In this document: in pieces, positions 1-9,629 of the stretch | Layout: the number at the start of each line of letters is the position of its first letter | How positions within the stretch are numbered: position 1 is the first letter of the stretch | Source: a virus | Taxonomy: Duplodnaviria > Caudoviricetes | Direction: 5' to 3' (one strand) | DNA: 55,468 nt | IMG/VR virus record: IMGVR_UViG_3300028027_000070 | Location: 1-55,468 of that record | The notes under the pieces: generated by a model | Told to the model about the DNA's origin: nothing | The model's input: only the letters and a program-made list of their open reading frames with translations | Database searches by the model: none | Program-made: the position numbers and the translations under genes

Positions 1-6
1 CAATAA

Positions 7-240
7 ATCCCTGACCAAGAAAAGGAAAGATTATTAAGATTATCCAAAAAATTCATAAACGTTCACCAGGAAATTTTTAAAATAGAGGAATCTATTAAGA
101 TTATGAACGAGAGATCATTCAAATTGATATCAGATCTCGAAAAATGTAGGGATTCTGAAAAATCTTTCATAAAGGATTTAACTCAAAAATATGGGAATGG
201 ATCATTGGATCCGCTTACCCTAACATGGAAAAAAGAATAA
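7..240 (+). CDS. 3' part of a small coiled-coil hypothetical protein (partial or possibly frameshifted)
   Basis: Frame 1 is open 7-240 (...QEKERLLRLSKKF...LTQKYGNGSLDPLTLTWKKE*). A TAA at 4-6 means the true 5' end is unclear. Confidence 0.45.
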   Translation: MPDQEKERLLRLSKKFINVHQEIFKIEESIKIMNERSFKLISDLEKCRDSEKSFIKDLTQKYGNGSLDPLTLTWKKE

Positions 241-246
241 ATTAAG

Positions 247-1107
247 ATGAATTATTTTACCAGTTATTTTACTAAAGAAAATTTTAAAAAAGTTACCGAC
301 GTGATGGGTAGCAGAATATTTCTTGTTGTTGCACTTGCAATTGTTGTGATGCTTTTGTTGAAACAATGCGGAGCTGCTGATGCTGCTGAAGCCGAGGCTA
401 AAAGACAGCATAATAATTATCTCGCTTCACAGGATTCTGTTAGAACGATAAAGAGTGATCTTAATCACACTATAGTAGAGAAGTCTGCATATGAGCTCAC
501 TGTAGCTGAATTAAGCGACGATCAGAAAGAACTTATACATCAACTTGGGCTGAAGGCTAATGGAAGAGGTACGACGCCTAATATAGTTATACAGACAACC
601 GGACAATACGAAGGAAATTTTAAATCTATACCATCGACTATAGTTAAGGATCCAAATGGTAATGAATACATAACTTTTACTTATGATCCAAAATTAGTTG
701 GTAATAACCAGCTTAAAATAGCGGGTAAGACCGGATATAAATTGGAGATAAATAGGGATCCTGCCGATTCTACCAAATATATAGGAAAAGTCATTCCTGG
801 TGAAACTGAATTGACACTTAATCAAAAAATTGATATAGTTACTGGTATTTATAGAGAACCAAAGTCTAAGAGACTTATGACTAGAGTTAGCACGACATTT
901 CCAAACATGACTTTTAGTGACGTTAATTCTTTCGATATTACTGATGATCCTGATACAAGAGCAGCTTTAAAAGCAGCAAGAAAACCTTTTGGCCTTGGGC
1001 TTCAGGTTGGATATGGTCTTCATGGAAATACCACTGGGATATATCCTGGATATTATGTAGGATTTGGGATAAGCTACTCCCCTAAATGGCTTCAATTTGG
1101 AAAATAA
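247..1107 (+). CDS. Membrane-anchored protein with coiled coil and C-terminal amphipathic beta-strands (spanin-like candidate)
   Basis: N-terminal hydrophobic helix IFLVVALAIVVMLLL. C-terminus FGLGLQVGYG...YYVGFGISY resembles Bacteroidota phage envelope proteins. Confidence 0.55.
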   Translation: MNYFTSYFTKENFKKVTDVMGSRIFLVVALAIVVMLLLKQCGAADAAEAEAKRQHNNYLASQDSVRTIKSDLNHTIVEKSAYELTVAELSDDQKELIHQLGLKANGRGTTPNIVIQTTGQYEGNFKSIPSTIVKDPNGNEYITFTYDPKLVGNNQLKIAGKTGYKLEINRDPADSTKYIGKVIPGETELTLNQKIDIVTGIYREPKSKRLMTRVSTTFPNMTFSDVNSFDITDDPDTRAALKAARKPFGLGLQVGYGLHGNTTGIYPGYYVGFGISYSPKWLQFGK

Positions 1108-1115
1108 AAAATAAA

Positions 1116-3440
1116 ATGGCATTTAGCACATCTTCTAAGTTCGTTCAGATAACTCCATATTTACTTATGGAGTATATGTATGCGGACCAACCTCAACCGG
1201 AAACATATTTTGTAAACAGCGGTCCATCGACTGTTGGGTATGATAAACTTATAAATGGGTTCAGATCGGGTGCGGTTCAGATATTCAATCCTAATAATGA
1301 TTATCAGATAACACATAACACGACTCAAAATAGCGTTGTTAAGATTGGTGAAAATTCATTTGTTACACTTGATTCCAATCTTATTATACCTTTTAATGAC
1401 TATTCGGATGAGCTAACAAACAGTATCAATTTACCTATAACTTTTCCTTCGAATCTTCTGGTTGTCTATGATTCTATTAGATATCACATAAGAGCAGGTT
1501 ATAACCTTGGTAATACCGATGGATTAATAATGTCCGTTGATTATGAAGATGTCGATACAACTCTGGTCACAGTTTCCCAAATATTAATAAAAAAGGGAAC
1601 TAATGATGATTATAATCTAAATCCAAACCCTGTTACTATAGGTTCAAATATCTATGATAAGTACATAGAAATAAAGATCCCTAATCTTAGAGATATGAAC
1701 AATAAATATCAGGCATCATCGTCTGTATTTAAACCACAGACTCTAGCTGGATTGATAAGTCATAGTGGATTTGGTTTTGTTTATAATGCTCCAATCAGAA
1801 TATCAGCATGGCAGATTCAAAGTACTGTTGATTATGCTGGCTATGCTAGATATGATTCATCAAAGATAGCAACATTATCTCTTGAGCAAGAGGATCAATT
1901 TTCAAACATAGGTGCAACGATAAGACCCTCTGATAGAGGTGAATTCTTTGAATTTTATGCAACTGACAATGAGGGATTCATTGAAGATTTTATATTGTTT
2001 CAAAATTCACTCGGTAATGCTTATTATATAGGTCATCAGATAGAGGTGCTTGAACAAATAGGTGCTTCACTTATAAGAACTTCAAATTTTGATTCGATTC
2101 AAACGACTGCATACGATTCACCAAATTATTATAGACCAATAGTTAGAAATGCAGGTGTTGCTGCAAGTTTCACTTTGAGATATACTATGACATTAATTAA
2201 TAGTGCAGATCAGAGTAGAACTATAAGAATATCCTCATATTCATCTAGTAATCCGTCAGAATGGGGATTAAAAATAAAACCTATACAACTAAGCACATTT
2301 CCACAGGTACAGAAAATATACAATAGAATATACTCACAACCATCAATAAACATGAGTAGTAATTCACCTGCTCCTAGGGAAATATTGAAATACACTAATG
2401 TTTTTATAAATCAGAACTATGTTACCGCGAGTATGGATAGTCTTACTTTTACTAATAATTCACTAAGAGTTGATACTGGTGCTTCTACTACTACCGCTGT
2501 TGGTACTGGAAAATTGACGATAGCTATATCACCATTTGACACATATCTAAAATTCAAATTTATAAAAAGCGGACCTTCCGGAGATCCTGTACCAATAGAT
2601 CTTACTAGTTCTGGAGAATTTAATATCTCATTTATAGATCTTAGTGGAAGTAAAATCCAGATACCATCTCTGAAGGATAATAATATAGCAAGTCCAGCAT
2701 TAGGTGAGATTGCATTTAAGATCGATGAATCTGCTGCCAGTAGAATTCTACAGATAAGCGATAGAAGATTCTTTATAACTAACGGCGTATCTATAAACCA
2801 AACATCTCTTTCAGCAACAGATAAAAGTGCTGTAACTGTTAATAGTGGTGTTACTAATAATGTTTTAGAAAAAACAATAGAAAGTGTTATTGCTGATAGA
2901 AGAGATTCAAATAACAATATAAAGGGAGCAAACAATTATGTTAATACTGCTGCTCATAATAATATATTAACACCTGTTAATAATTCAAACTCCGTTATGT
3001 ATTGGGGATATTGGAAAAAAAATGGGGAGGAAGATTTTGCTACGGGAGCTACTGGATCTACTAATTTATCTACGGCTGGAGCTACTGGAGCTACTGGTGA
3101 TATTCTAGAAACCCTAAATGCACCTATTCCTTCTATAAGATCCATACTTCCTGCTACTTCAGGTTCTGGAATTAGAGGAATTGGAACACCAACAGCCTCA
3201 TCAACAAATCAAACCCTAATGGGTAGTGCTATGATAGCATCTCTTAGCGCAGAGATGAGAGGATATAAAGCTATTGGATGGGCAGATCAAACAATAACCA
3301 ATTATTTCCTTAATCCAGGCAAACCTGGAAGAATTAAGTATCCTAAAATAACCAAGGCTGATGTTGTTAAAGCAGGTAAGGGTATATTAGCACCAGCAAC
3401 ATTAAGAAGGTTGTCAGGTAGGGGTATTTTTGGTTTTTAA
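1116..3440 (+). CDS. Large hypothetical protein, probably virion structural (baseplate/tail)
   Basis: Long ORF rich in S/T/N with beta-type composition and a GAT-repeat linker, next to a tail-tube-fold gene. Start taken at ATG 1116. Confidence 0.55.
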   Translation: MAFSTSSKFVQITPYLLMEYMYADQPQPETYFVNSGPSTVGYDKLINGFRSGAVQIFNPNNDYQITHNTTQNSVVKIGENSFVTLDSNLIIPFNDYSDELTNSINLPITFPSNLLVVYDSIRYHIRAGYNLGNTDGLIMSVDYEDVDTTLVTVSQILIKKGTNDDYNLNPNPVTIGSNIYDKYIEIKIPNLRDMNNKYQASSSVFKPQTLAGLISHSGFGFVYNAPIRISAWQIQSTVDYAGYARYDSSKIATLSLEQEDQFSNIGATIRPSDRGEFFEFYATDNEGFIEDFILFQNSLGNAYYIGHQIEVLEQIGASLIRTSNFDSIQTTAYDSPNYYRPIVRNAGVAASFTLRYTMTLINSADQSRTIRISSYSSSNPSEWGLKIKPIQLSTFPQVQKIYNRIYSQPSINMSSNSPAPREILKYTNVFINQNYVTASMDSLTFTNNSLRVDTGASTTTAVGTGKLTIAISPFDTYLKFKFIKSGPSGDPVPIDLTSSGEFNISFIDLSGSKIQIPSLKDNNIASPALGEIAFKIDESAASRILQISDRRFFITNGVSINQTSLSATDKSAVTVNSGVTNNVLEKTIESVIADRRDSNNNIKGANNYVNTAAHNNILTPVNNSNSVMYWGYWKKNGEEDFATGATGSTNLSTAGATGATGDILETLNAPIPSIRSILPATSGSGIRGIGTPTASSTNQTLMGSAMIASLSAEMRGYKAIGWADQTITNYFLNPGKPGRIKYPKITKADVVKAGKGILAPATLRRLSGRGIFGF

Positions 3441-3460
3441 TTTAAAAAGATAATTAGAAT

Positions 3461-4009
3461 ATGTTATTAAATCCGAAAGGTAATAGTTTTTATTTTGTTT
3501 TTCCTAGGGGATTCTTTCCCCCTCCTGTTGTGGATAAATATCTACCATATATTAAAAAACAACCAATCCCGTTTGATAATATAAACGACTATATGAATAG
3601 TACAATCCAAACCATTGGATTCCCTAGTATGAATATAGATTCAGTTGAACAAATTAGAAATCTTGGTAAAAAAATATCATATAAAAGTTCAACACCGGTC
3701 CAGGATTTATTTAGTCAGGATTTTACTGTTGGATTTAAGAATGTTGATGGCTTTGTGAATTATTTCATAATGCTTGATACAATATTGCATTTTTTGAATT
3801 TTAAAAATCCTCAATTACATCTACAGGATCTTCCATTGAGAATTATGGATAATGAGGGAAATATAGTGATGTCAGTTACATTCCAGGGAACAATATTGAC
3901 TTCATATTCTGAATTACAGCTTAGCTATGCCTCAAACGCAAATCAATTTACACCATTTACTCTTGGATTCAAATGTAACTATATCGATATAGTTCTGGAA
4001 GCAAAGTAG
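3461..4009 (+). CDS. Tail tube-fold protein (T4 gp3 tail completion / gp19-like)
   Basis: LRIMDNEGNIVMSVTF...LTSYSELQLSY...FTLGFKCNYIDI pattern typical of gp3/gp19/gp54; 182 aa. Confidence 0.6.
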   Translation: MLLNPKGNSFYFVFPRGFFPPPVVDKYLPYIKKQPIPFDNINDYMNSTIQTIGFPSMNIDSVEQIRNLGKKISYKSSTPVQDLFSQDFTVGFKNVDGFVNYFIMLDTILHFLNFKNPQLHLQDLPLRIMDNEGNIVMSVTFQGTILTSYSELQLSYASNANQFTPFTLGFKCNYIDIVLEAK

Positions 4010-4016
4010 ATATATA
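4009..4016 (+). promoter_or_regulatory. Putative late promoter GATATATA
   Basis: Exact octamer recurs upstream of gene starts at 11 sites (4009, 9604, 14464, 18033-, 19528, 26182, 35233, 37379-, 44203, 48476, 49507). Confidence 0.65.
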
Positions 4017-4036
4017 CTTAAACAAACAAATTAAAA

Positions 4037-4273
4037 ATGAAAACATTCTCAAATTTAAAAGAGGTAAACGAAGCAAAATATGGACAACCGCTATACAGTG
4101 AAAAAGATCATATGAAAAATCTATTAATTGCTGCTTGTGGTAACGATAGAAGAGTTTTAGATGATATTGTAGATTGTCTTAGTGAAGAGCAGGTTAAGTC
4201 ATGCTTTAGTAAACTAGCTAAGGTTTATGGAACAACAGGTTCGGTTGGACAAAAACAGGATATTAACCAGTAA
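4037..4273 (+). CDS. Small hypothetical protein with CTS-like N-terminus
   Basis: Starts MKTFSNLKEVNE; preceded by GATATATA. Confidence 0.7.
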   Translation: MKTFSNLKEVNEAKYGQPLYSEKDHMKNLLIAACGNDRRVLDDIVDCLSEEQVKSCFSKLAKVYGTTGSVGQKQDINQ

Positions 4274-4283
4274 AATTAAATAT

Positions 4284-5000
4284 ATGAATTTAGTCGGTAT
4301 CGACTTTTCACTAAATTCCCCTTCTTTTTGTTGTTTGAAAAATAATAGATATGTGTGGGGATCAATTTCTAGATCTGATAGGACATTTGAATCCTTATTG
4401 AAAAATAAGAAAAAACCATATTTTATACTTGATTCTGATGATAATTTTATTATTAAGATATTAGGAAAGCAAGAATTTTCTGATGAATACTCTGCAAAGG
4501 AAAGAGAAAAAATAGGTTATTTTCTAGAAATAGTTGAATTACTTTGGAGCTCTGTTCTGGATGTTATGGGAGATGATCCATTTTACGTAGCAATGGAGGG
4601 TCTAAGTTTTTCTTCGAATGGTAATTCGCTTGTTGATATATCTATGGCAACAGCGCTTTTAAGGGAGAGAATAATAGAAAAAATAGGTAGTGAAAATTTT
4701 TATGTCTTTTCACCAACAACAATTAAAAAATTTGCGGGTAAGGGGACATTTAAGAAGGATGAATTATACCACGCATTATATAATTTAAGGGAGGATGAAA
4801 CAAACTTAAATGTATTCTGTAAGATATTAGAAGAGAATAAAAACGAATGGATAACAGGAGCTAAGGCGATAAATAAGCCAATAGACGATGTTGTCGATTC
4901 AACTTGGATCAATTTGTATTTAAAAGAGGAATTAAGAGGAAATAATGAAGTTATTAAAGGGAAATCAAAAAGTAAAAAGACTACAAAGAAATTGGTGTAA
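4284..5000 (+). CDS. ruvC: RuvC-like Holliday junction resolvase
   Basis: VGIDFS, AMEG, SPTTIKKFAGKG and DDVVDS motifs. Confidence 0.8.
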   Translation: MNLVGIDFSLNSPSFCCLKNNRYVWGSISRSDRTFESLLKNKKKPYFILDSDDNFIIKILGKQEFSDEYSAKEREKIGYFLEIVELLWSSVLDVMGDDPFYVAMEGLSFSSNGNSLVDISMATALLRERIIEKIGSENFYVFSPTTIKKFAGKGTFKKDELYHALYNLREDETNLNVFCKILEENKNEWITGAKAINKPIDDVVDSTWINLYLKEELRGNNEVIKGKSKSKKTTKKLV

Positions 5001-5167
5001 CCTTCTTGTGACTCTATCAGAGTCTACCCAATTTATAGAGCATACAATCACAATTTTATCATATACAACATAACACACAATAAATATATTCGTGTGTTAT
5101 TTTGGTGTACCATATTAAAGAAATAGCCCAATAAAAATTAAAAAAATGTAATATTATAAGATTAGAG

Positions 5168-5194
5168 GAAACAAAAGTAAAAACAGAAGTAAAA
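5168..5194 (+). promoter_or_regulatory. Putative middle (ECF-sigma-like) promoter GAAAC-N16-GTAAAA
   Basis: Same bipartite motif with 16-17 nt spacer at 13727, 18039, 26792, 31554, 42828 and 45419. Confidence 0.55.
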
Positions 5195-5201
5195 TTTAAA
5201 G

Positions 5202-5236
5202 AATTAAAAAACAAATTAAAAAACAAATTAAAAAAA
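5202..5236 (+). repeat. AATTAAAAAACA tandem repeat (about 3 copies) in the SSB leader
   Basis: Units at 5202-5213, 5214-5225 and 5226-5236, directly before ATG 5247. Confidence 0.7.
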
Positions 5237-5246
5237 TTTAAGAAAG

Positions 5247-6236
5247 ATGAGTAATTTAGACATTTTCAATTTGGATGCAGAGGCATTCGTAACAAAAGTT
5301 CCAACAACAGGTGGAGACAAGGATGATTTTTATAAGCCATACCCAGAAGATGGTAAGGATGGAGTTTATAAATCATTAATTAGATTCCTACCAAATCCGG
5401 AGAATCCAGCAAAATCAAAAATACATAAATATTATGTATATTTAAAAGATCCTGTAAGTGGTGATGGGTTTTCTGCAGATTGTCCTTCGACGGTTGGTAA
5501 AAAATCAGTATTAAAGGATTTATTCTGGAAACTTAAGAATTCACATTCTGCTGCTGACCAGGAGCTATCTAAAAACTTCGCGAGAAAGGAAGATTTCTAT
5601 TCTCTTGTTCAAATTGTACAGGATAAGAATAGACCAGAATTAGAAGGAAAGGTTATGATCTTTAAGTTTGGTAAAAAGCTTAATGATATGATCGAGGCAC
5701 AACTACAACCTGAATATGGAGCTCCGTGCAATCCTTTCGATCTTTTCGAAGGTAGAGAATTTTCAGTAAGTGTAAGAAAAGTTGGTGAGTGGAATAACTA
5801 TGATTTATGCTCTTTTGTAGGGGAGAAAACTTCAATCAAAGTTGATGGAAAATCAATGGAGAAGAACCAAAAAGATATGGAGGTTATCCTTTCGTATTTA
5901 AACGAAGGACCTAAAAATCTAACAAGCTTTGATTATAAAGATTGGGATGATGATCTTACTGAGAAGATTATGAATGTAATCAGAAACAGCGTACCTGAGC
6001 AAAGAGTTCTTAATGAAATCCTTGGCAGCTCAGCATCAGCTCCATCCAGACCAGCACCACAGGCTTCTAGACCTGCTCCGAGTCAACCAGCTTCACAAGC
6101 AAGCAATCCTTCTAGTGATCTTTATGACGAGGTTAGTAATACTAAGGTAAGTGGATATGAGAATACCGCTGCAACTTCTGCACCAAGCACACCTAGTGCA
6201 ACAAATTCATTAGAGGATCTTTATAGCGACCTATAA
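5247..6236 (+). CDS. gp32: Single-stranded DNA-binding protein (T4 gp32-like)
   Basis: IRFLP, EGKVMIFKFGKK, NPFDLFEG and NYDLCSF motifs; flexible linker and acidic LEDLYSDL tail. Confidence 0.9.
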   Translation: MSNLDIFNLDAEAFVTKVPTTGGDKDDFYKPYPEDGKDGVYKSLIRFLPNPENPAKSKIHKYYVYLKDPVSGDGFSADCPSTVGKKSVLKDLFWKLKNSHSAADQELSKNFARKEDFYSLVQIVQDKNRPELEGKVMIFKFGKKLNDMIEAQLQPEYGAPCNPFDLFEGREFSVSVRKVGEWNNYDLCSFVGEKTSIKVDGKSMEKNQKDMEVILSYLNEGPKNLTSFDYKDWDDDLTEKIMNVIRNSVPEQRVLNEILGSSASAPSRPAPQASRPAPSQPASQASNPSSDLYDEVSNTKVSGYENTAATSAPSTPSATNSLEDLYSDL

Positions 6237-6247
6237 TAATTAAAAAT

Positions 6248-6287
6248 AAAGGGACATCTCCTTAGAAGAGTTGTCCCTTTTTATTTT
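6248..6287 (+). terminator. Intrinsic terminator
   Basis: AAAGGGACA...TGTCCCTTT stem followed by a T-rich tract. Confidence 0.7.
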
Positions 6288-6293
6288 ATAAAG

Positions 6294-7358
6294 ATGCAAC
6301 TAGAAAAAATCGAAAGAACAGTAAGAGAGGTATTAGCAAAGGAATTTGCTAGAGATCCTAATAAACAAATAGTTTATAAAGCGGGTAATCGTTTGAATTT
6401 CTCGTGTCCTTATTGTGGAGATTCGAATGACGCTAGAAAAAAAAGGGGTAACTTCTATATGGATACCCTAGCATACAAATGTTACAATGGCGGATGTGGT
6501 ATCTATAAGGATTCCATCTCATTTTTCAGGGATTTTTCAGTTTATGGAAAGTTCAATGGTGACGAAAGGGAGGAATTAAGATCAATAATAGATACAAATA
6601 AAACAAAGAGAAGATCTGCAATAGGTAAAATAGATATAAGCTATTTCTTCGATAATGATATAAGTGATCTGCTTATACTAAGATCTGATTTTATGCAGAA
6701 ACTCAGATTGCAGGAGGTGTTTGGTTCTTCTATACATAGATATGTAACAAGAAGACATCAAAAACCAGATATGAAGTTTGCATGGGATCCAAGAAAGGAA
6801 AGGCTTTTCTTATTTAATCTAACACCAGATGAGAAAATAATTGGACTGCAGGTTAGAAATATGCAATCAATAAAGGGTAGTTCAAAATACCTAACATATA
6901 AGCTTAGTGGAATATACGAGAAGCTACTTAACGTTAAGGATCAAGAATTCCTGGATAGAGCTAGAGACGTAGATCCGATATCAAATGTTTTTGGAATTGG
7001 TAATCTTGATTTCTCTAATGATATAACTGTTTTTGAAGGACCTATGGATTCATTCTTTTGGCCGAATTCTGTTGGTCTTTGTTCCTTAGAAAATAGATTT
7101 CCCTTTGATGTGGAAAATAAGAAATATTTTTATGACTGGGATAAAGCAGGAATTGGAAAGAGTATGGATTTATTAAGTAAGGGCGAAACTGTTTTTAATT
7201 GGGGTAAATTTCTGGAGGATAATGGAATAACAAAGAATAGGAAATGGGATTTGAATGATCTCGTTATACATCTAAGAGCAACGGGAAAGAAAATTAAAAG
7301 ATTGGATAATTATTTTACAAATGATATACTTGACCTCAGATATTTTATTAATGACTAA
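6294..7358 (+). CDS. gp61: DNA primase (T4 gp61-like)
   Basis: Zn ribbon CPYCGDS...CYNGGC; TOPRIM motifs VFEGPMDS and YDWDKAG. Confidence 0.88.
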   Translation: MQLEKIERTVREVLAKEFARDPNKQIVYKAGNRLNFSCPYCGDSNDARKKRGNFYMDTLAYKCYNGGCGIYKDSISFFRDFSVYGKFNGDEREELRSIIDTNKTKRRSAIGKIDISYFFDNDISDLLILRSDFMQKLRLQEVFGSSIHRYVTRRHQKPDMKFAWDPRKERLFLFNLTPDEKIIGLQVRNMQSIKGSSKYLTYKLSGIYEKLLNVKDQEFLDRARDVDPISNVFGIGNLDFSNDITVFEGPMDSFFWPNSVGLCSLENRFPFDVENKKYFYDWDKAGIGKSMDLLSKGETVFNWGKFLEDNGITKNRKWDLNDLVIHLRATGKKIKRLDNYFTNDILDLRYFIND

Positions 7359-7596
7359 GATTGATCAACAAAATCTAATAGAGGACTGGGAAAGCGAGAT
7401 GAGTAGAAATCAGGAGTCCAAAATAAAATTCCCTATTGTGGTTTCTGGTGACAAGGAGCTTCATGTAAATTTGGATTTTTCAGAGCCAAAGATAAATGAA
7501 CCAAAGGTTAAGCAGGAACCCAAGAATAAAAATGAAATTAAAGTATTAGATCTTCCTAAAAAAAGAGGTACAAAAAACAAACCAAAATTATTTTAA
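7351..7596 (+). CDS. Hypothetical protein
   Basis: ORF overlapping the primase stop; ends KPKLF. Confidence 0.6.
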   Translation: MTKIDQQNLIEDWESEMSRNQESKIKFPIVVSGDKELHVNLDFSEPKINEPKVKQEPKNKNEIKVLDLPKKRGTKNKPKLF

Positions 7597-7597
7597 T

Positions 7598-8041
7598 ATG
7601 GCTGAACAAAAAACCGATTTCGTAAAAGTTTTCGAAACTGAGAGGGAAGAATGGAAAGAAAAGATACAAGTTCTTTCTCTTAATATGAAAGACATAAAAA
7701 CATTAGCTAAAGCGCAGGTCGATATGTTTAGTTATAGACAGGTACTTTTGGAATATAGCTATAAATTAGCTGGTATAGTATCTAAGCTTAATTCTAAATA
7801 TAAGTCAGATAAAGCTAGGAAAATGAGAGAGTATTCTGAACAAATGAATGTCAGATACGGAGCAACAGAAAAAATGATTCTAATAGAGGGTGATCTGATT
7901 GAGATATCAGAAAAAACTGAGCTTGTTGAGAATCATAGAAAATTTATAGACCAAACAATACAAACTGTTGACCATATGTTATATGGGGTCAGACAAAGAA
8001 TATCGCTGGAGGACTACTTAAGAGGTTCTACTGTAAAATAA
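7598..8041 (+). CDS. uvsY: UvsY-like recombination mediator
   Basis: All-helical 147 aa protein directly upstream of uvsW, matching T4-like synteny. Confidence 0.6.
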   Translation: MAEQKTDFVKVFETEREEWKEKIQVLSLNMKDIKTLAKAQVDMFSYRQVLLEYSYKLAGIVSKLNSKYKSDKARKMREYSEQMNVRYGATEKMILIEGDLIEISEKTELVENHRKFIDQTIQTVDHMLYGVRQRISLEDYLRGSTVK

Positions 8042-8050
8042 AATTATATA

Positions 8051-9592
8051 ATGTTAAAATTTAGAGTAACAGATGACCAGCAGTGGATGCTTTTATTAGA
8101 AGCAGTCGACGAAGTGGAGAAAAAACAAGTTGAAATTTCTTTAACACAGAAAATACATAACCATTTTTTCCATCCCCTTGTGAAGAAAAAAATCTGGGAT
8201 GGATCTATATGTTTTATAGAGAAGAGAGGTGGATTCTGGAAGGTACCAATAGGACTCTGGCGGGAGCTACTAGATATAGGTGAAAAGTATAAAATTGATA
8301 TTAATATAGAGGGTCTAAATGAAGTCATAACTAATGATGTCAAATTAGATGAGTTTACTCAGTGGGTTAATGAATTTTTCGAAGGTGGTATAGGTGGAAA
8401 TCCTGACAAGATGCCTAGAGATTATCAGATAGAAACAGCATGGAAGATACTAAGATATAGATATTCTGTTTCTGAGGTTGCAACTTCATCAGGGAAAACC
8501 CTTATATCGTTTATGATATTTGCTTATTTAAAATCAAGGGGAATGGTAAGAAAGATACTTATGATCGTTCCTAATTCCAATCTTGTATTTCAGGGTAATG
8601 ACGATTTTGAGGAATATGGACTTGATAAACTTGATGGTGTTAAGATACAGCAAATCGGAGGGGGAAGTAAAATAAAGGATGGGTGCGATATAATAATAGG
8701 TACATACCAATCTTTAGTTAAAAGAGAATCTGATTTTTTTGAGGAGGTGGATTGCGTATTTATAGATGAGGCGCATCACACTAATAGCACATCGATAAAA
8801 AAGATAGTTTCCCAATGTATGCACTCTAAATGGAGATTTGGGTTAACCGGTACATTAACTAAAAGAGGAACTGCAGATTATTTAACTATACAGCAATTTC
8901 TCGGTCCTCTTGTTATGGAGATACCACCTAGTTTTCTTTTCGATAATGGATATGCCACGCCGGTTTCTATAAAGGTCGTTACTATGGATTGGCTTGATCC
9001 TGTATATAAGGAAAAGCTAGCGGATCTTAAACTAAGTGATAATAACGTGGAAGGTAACGAGATATACAATCTTGAGAGAAAGCTAGTTATAGAAAGCAAA
9101 AAAAGATTAAATTATGTTACTGATTTTATAAACAAAACCTCAAAAAATTCACTTGTCTTATTCCAGTCCGTTAAGGAGGAATACGGTAAACAGATATGGA
9201 ACCTTTTGAGAGAATTAAATGGTGATAGAGAGGTGTTTTATGTTGATGGCGACACTAGTGAGGCGTTAAGAGAGGAATATAAGAGAAGAATGTCGGTTGG
9301 CTCTAATAAGGTCCTAATTGCGACATATGGAACATTCTCAACTGGTATATCAATAAACAATCTGCATAATATATTTCTTGTTGAATCATACAAGAGTGAG
9401 ATCCTGATAAAACAAAGTTTGGGTAGGGGTATGCGTAAGATGGAAGGTAAGGAGAAGGTTAATGTTATAGATTTTGTTGATGACTTCAGTACCAAAAAAT
9501 ATAAAAGCTATTTGGCAAAGCATAGCATCGAAAGAATAGAGATTTATAAGAAGGAAGGGTTCGAATATAAAATATATAACGTTAAACTTTAA
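8051..9592 (+). CDS. uvsW: UvsW-like SF2 DNA helicase
   Basis: PRDYQ, ATSSGKT, DEAH, GLTGT, FSTGISI and QSLGRGMR motifs. Confidence 0.93.
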   Translation: MLKFRVTDDQQWMLLLEAVDEVEKKQVEISLTQKIHNHFFHPLVKKKIWDGSICFIEKRGGFWKVPIGLWRELLDIGEKYKIDINIEGLNEVITNDVKLDEFTQWVNEFFEGGIGGNPDKMPRDYQIETAWKILRYRYSVSEVATSSGKTLISFMIFAYLKSRGMVRKILMIVPNSNLVFQGNDDFEEYGLDKLDGVKIQQIGGGSKIKDGCDIIIGTYQSLVKRESDFFEEVDCVFIDEAHHTNSTSIKKIVSQCMHSKWRFGLTGTLTKRGTADYLTIQQFLGPLVMEIPPSFLFDNGYATPVSIKVVTMDWLDPVYKEKLADLKLSDNNVEGNEIYNLERKLVIESKKRLNYVTDFINKTSKNSLVLFQSVKEEYGKQIWNLLRELNGDREVFYVDGDTSEALREEYKRRMSVGSNKVLIATYGTFSTGISINNLHNIFLVESYKSEILIKQSLGRGMRKMEGKEKVNVIDFVDDFSTKKYKSYLAKHSIERIEIYKKEGFEYKIYNVKL

Positions 9593-9629
9593 TTTATATT
9601 AAGGATATATAGAAAAACATTTTCGACTA

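Noticed and set aside
1-60. Programmed frameshift or pseudogene in the first ORF
   Set aside because: Frames 2 and 1 could join (NKSLT/QEKER), but at the window edge this cannot be told apart from a sequencing indel or a downstream start.
3040-3101. Collagen-like domain (GAT repeats)
   Set aside because: Only a few triplets; too short for a triple helix, treated as a linker.
2417-3145. Antisense ORFs in the track (also 26219-27303, 29805-30224, 31796-32818 and others)
   Set aside because: They are shadows of well-supported plus-strand genes, with no motifs or promoters.
5070-5100. NrdR box within the ATAACACAC/GTGTGTTAT palindrome
   Set aside because: Spacing does not fit the 16-bp NrdR consensus and it is not upstream of the nrd genes.
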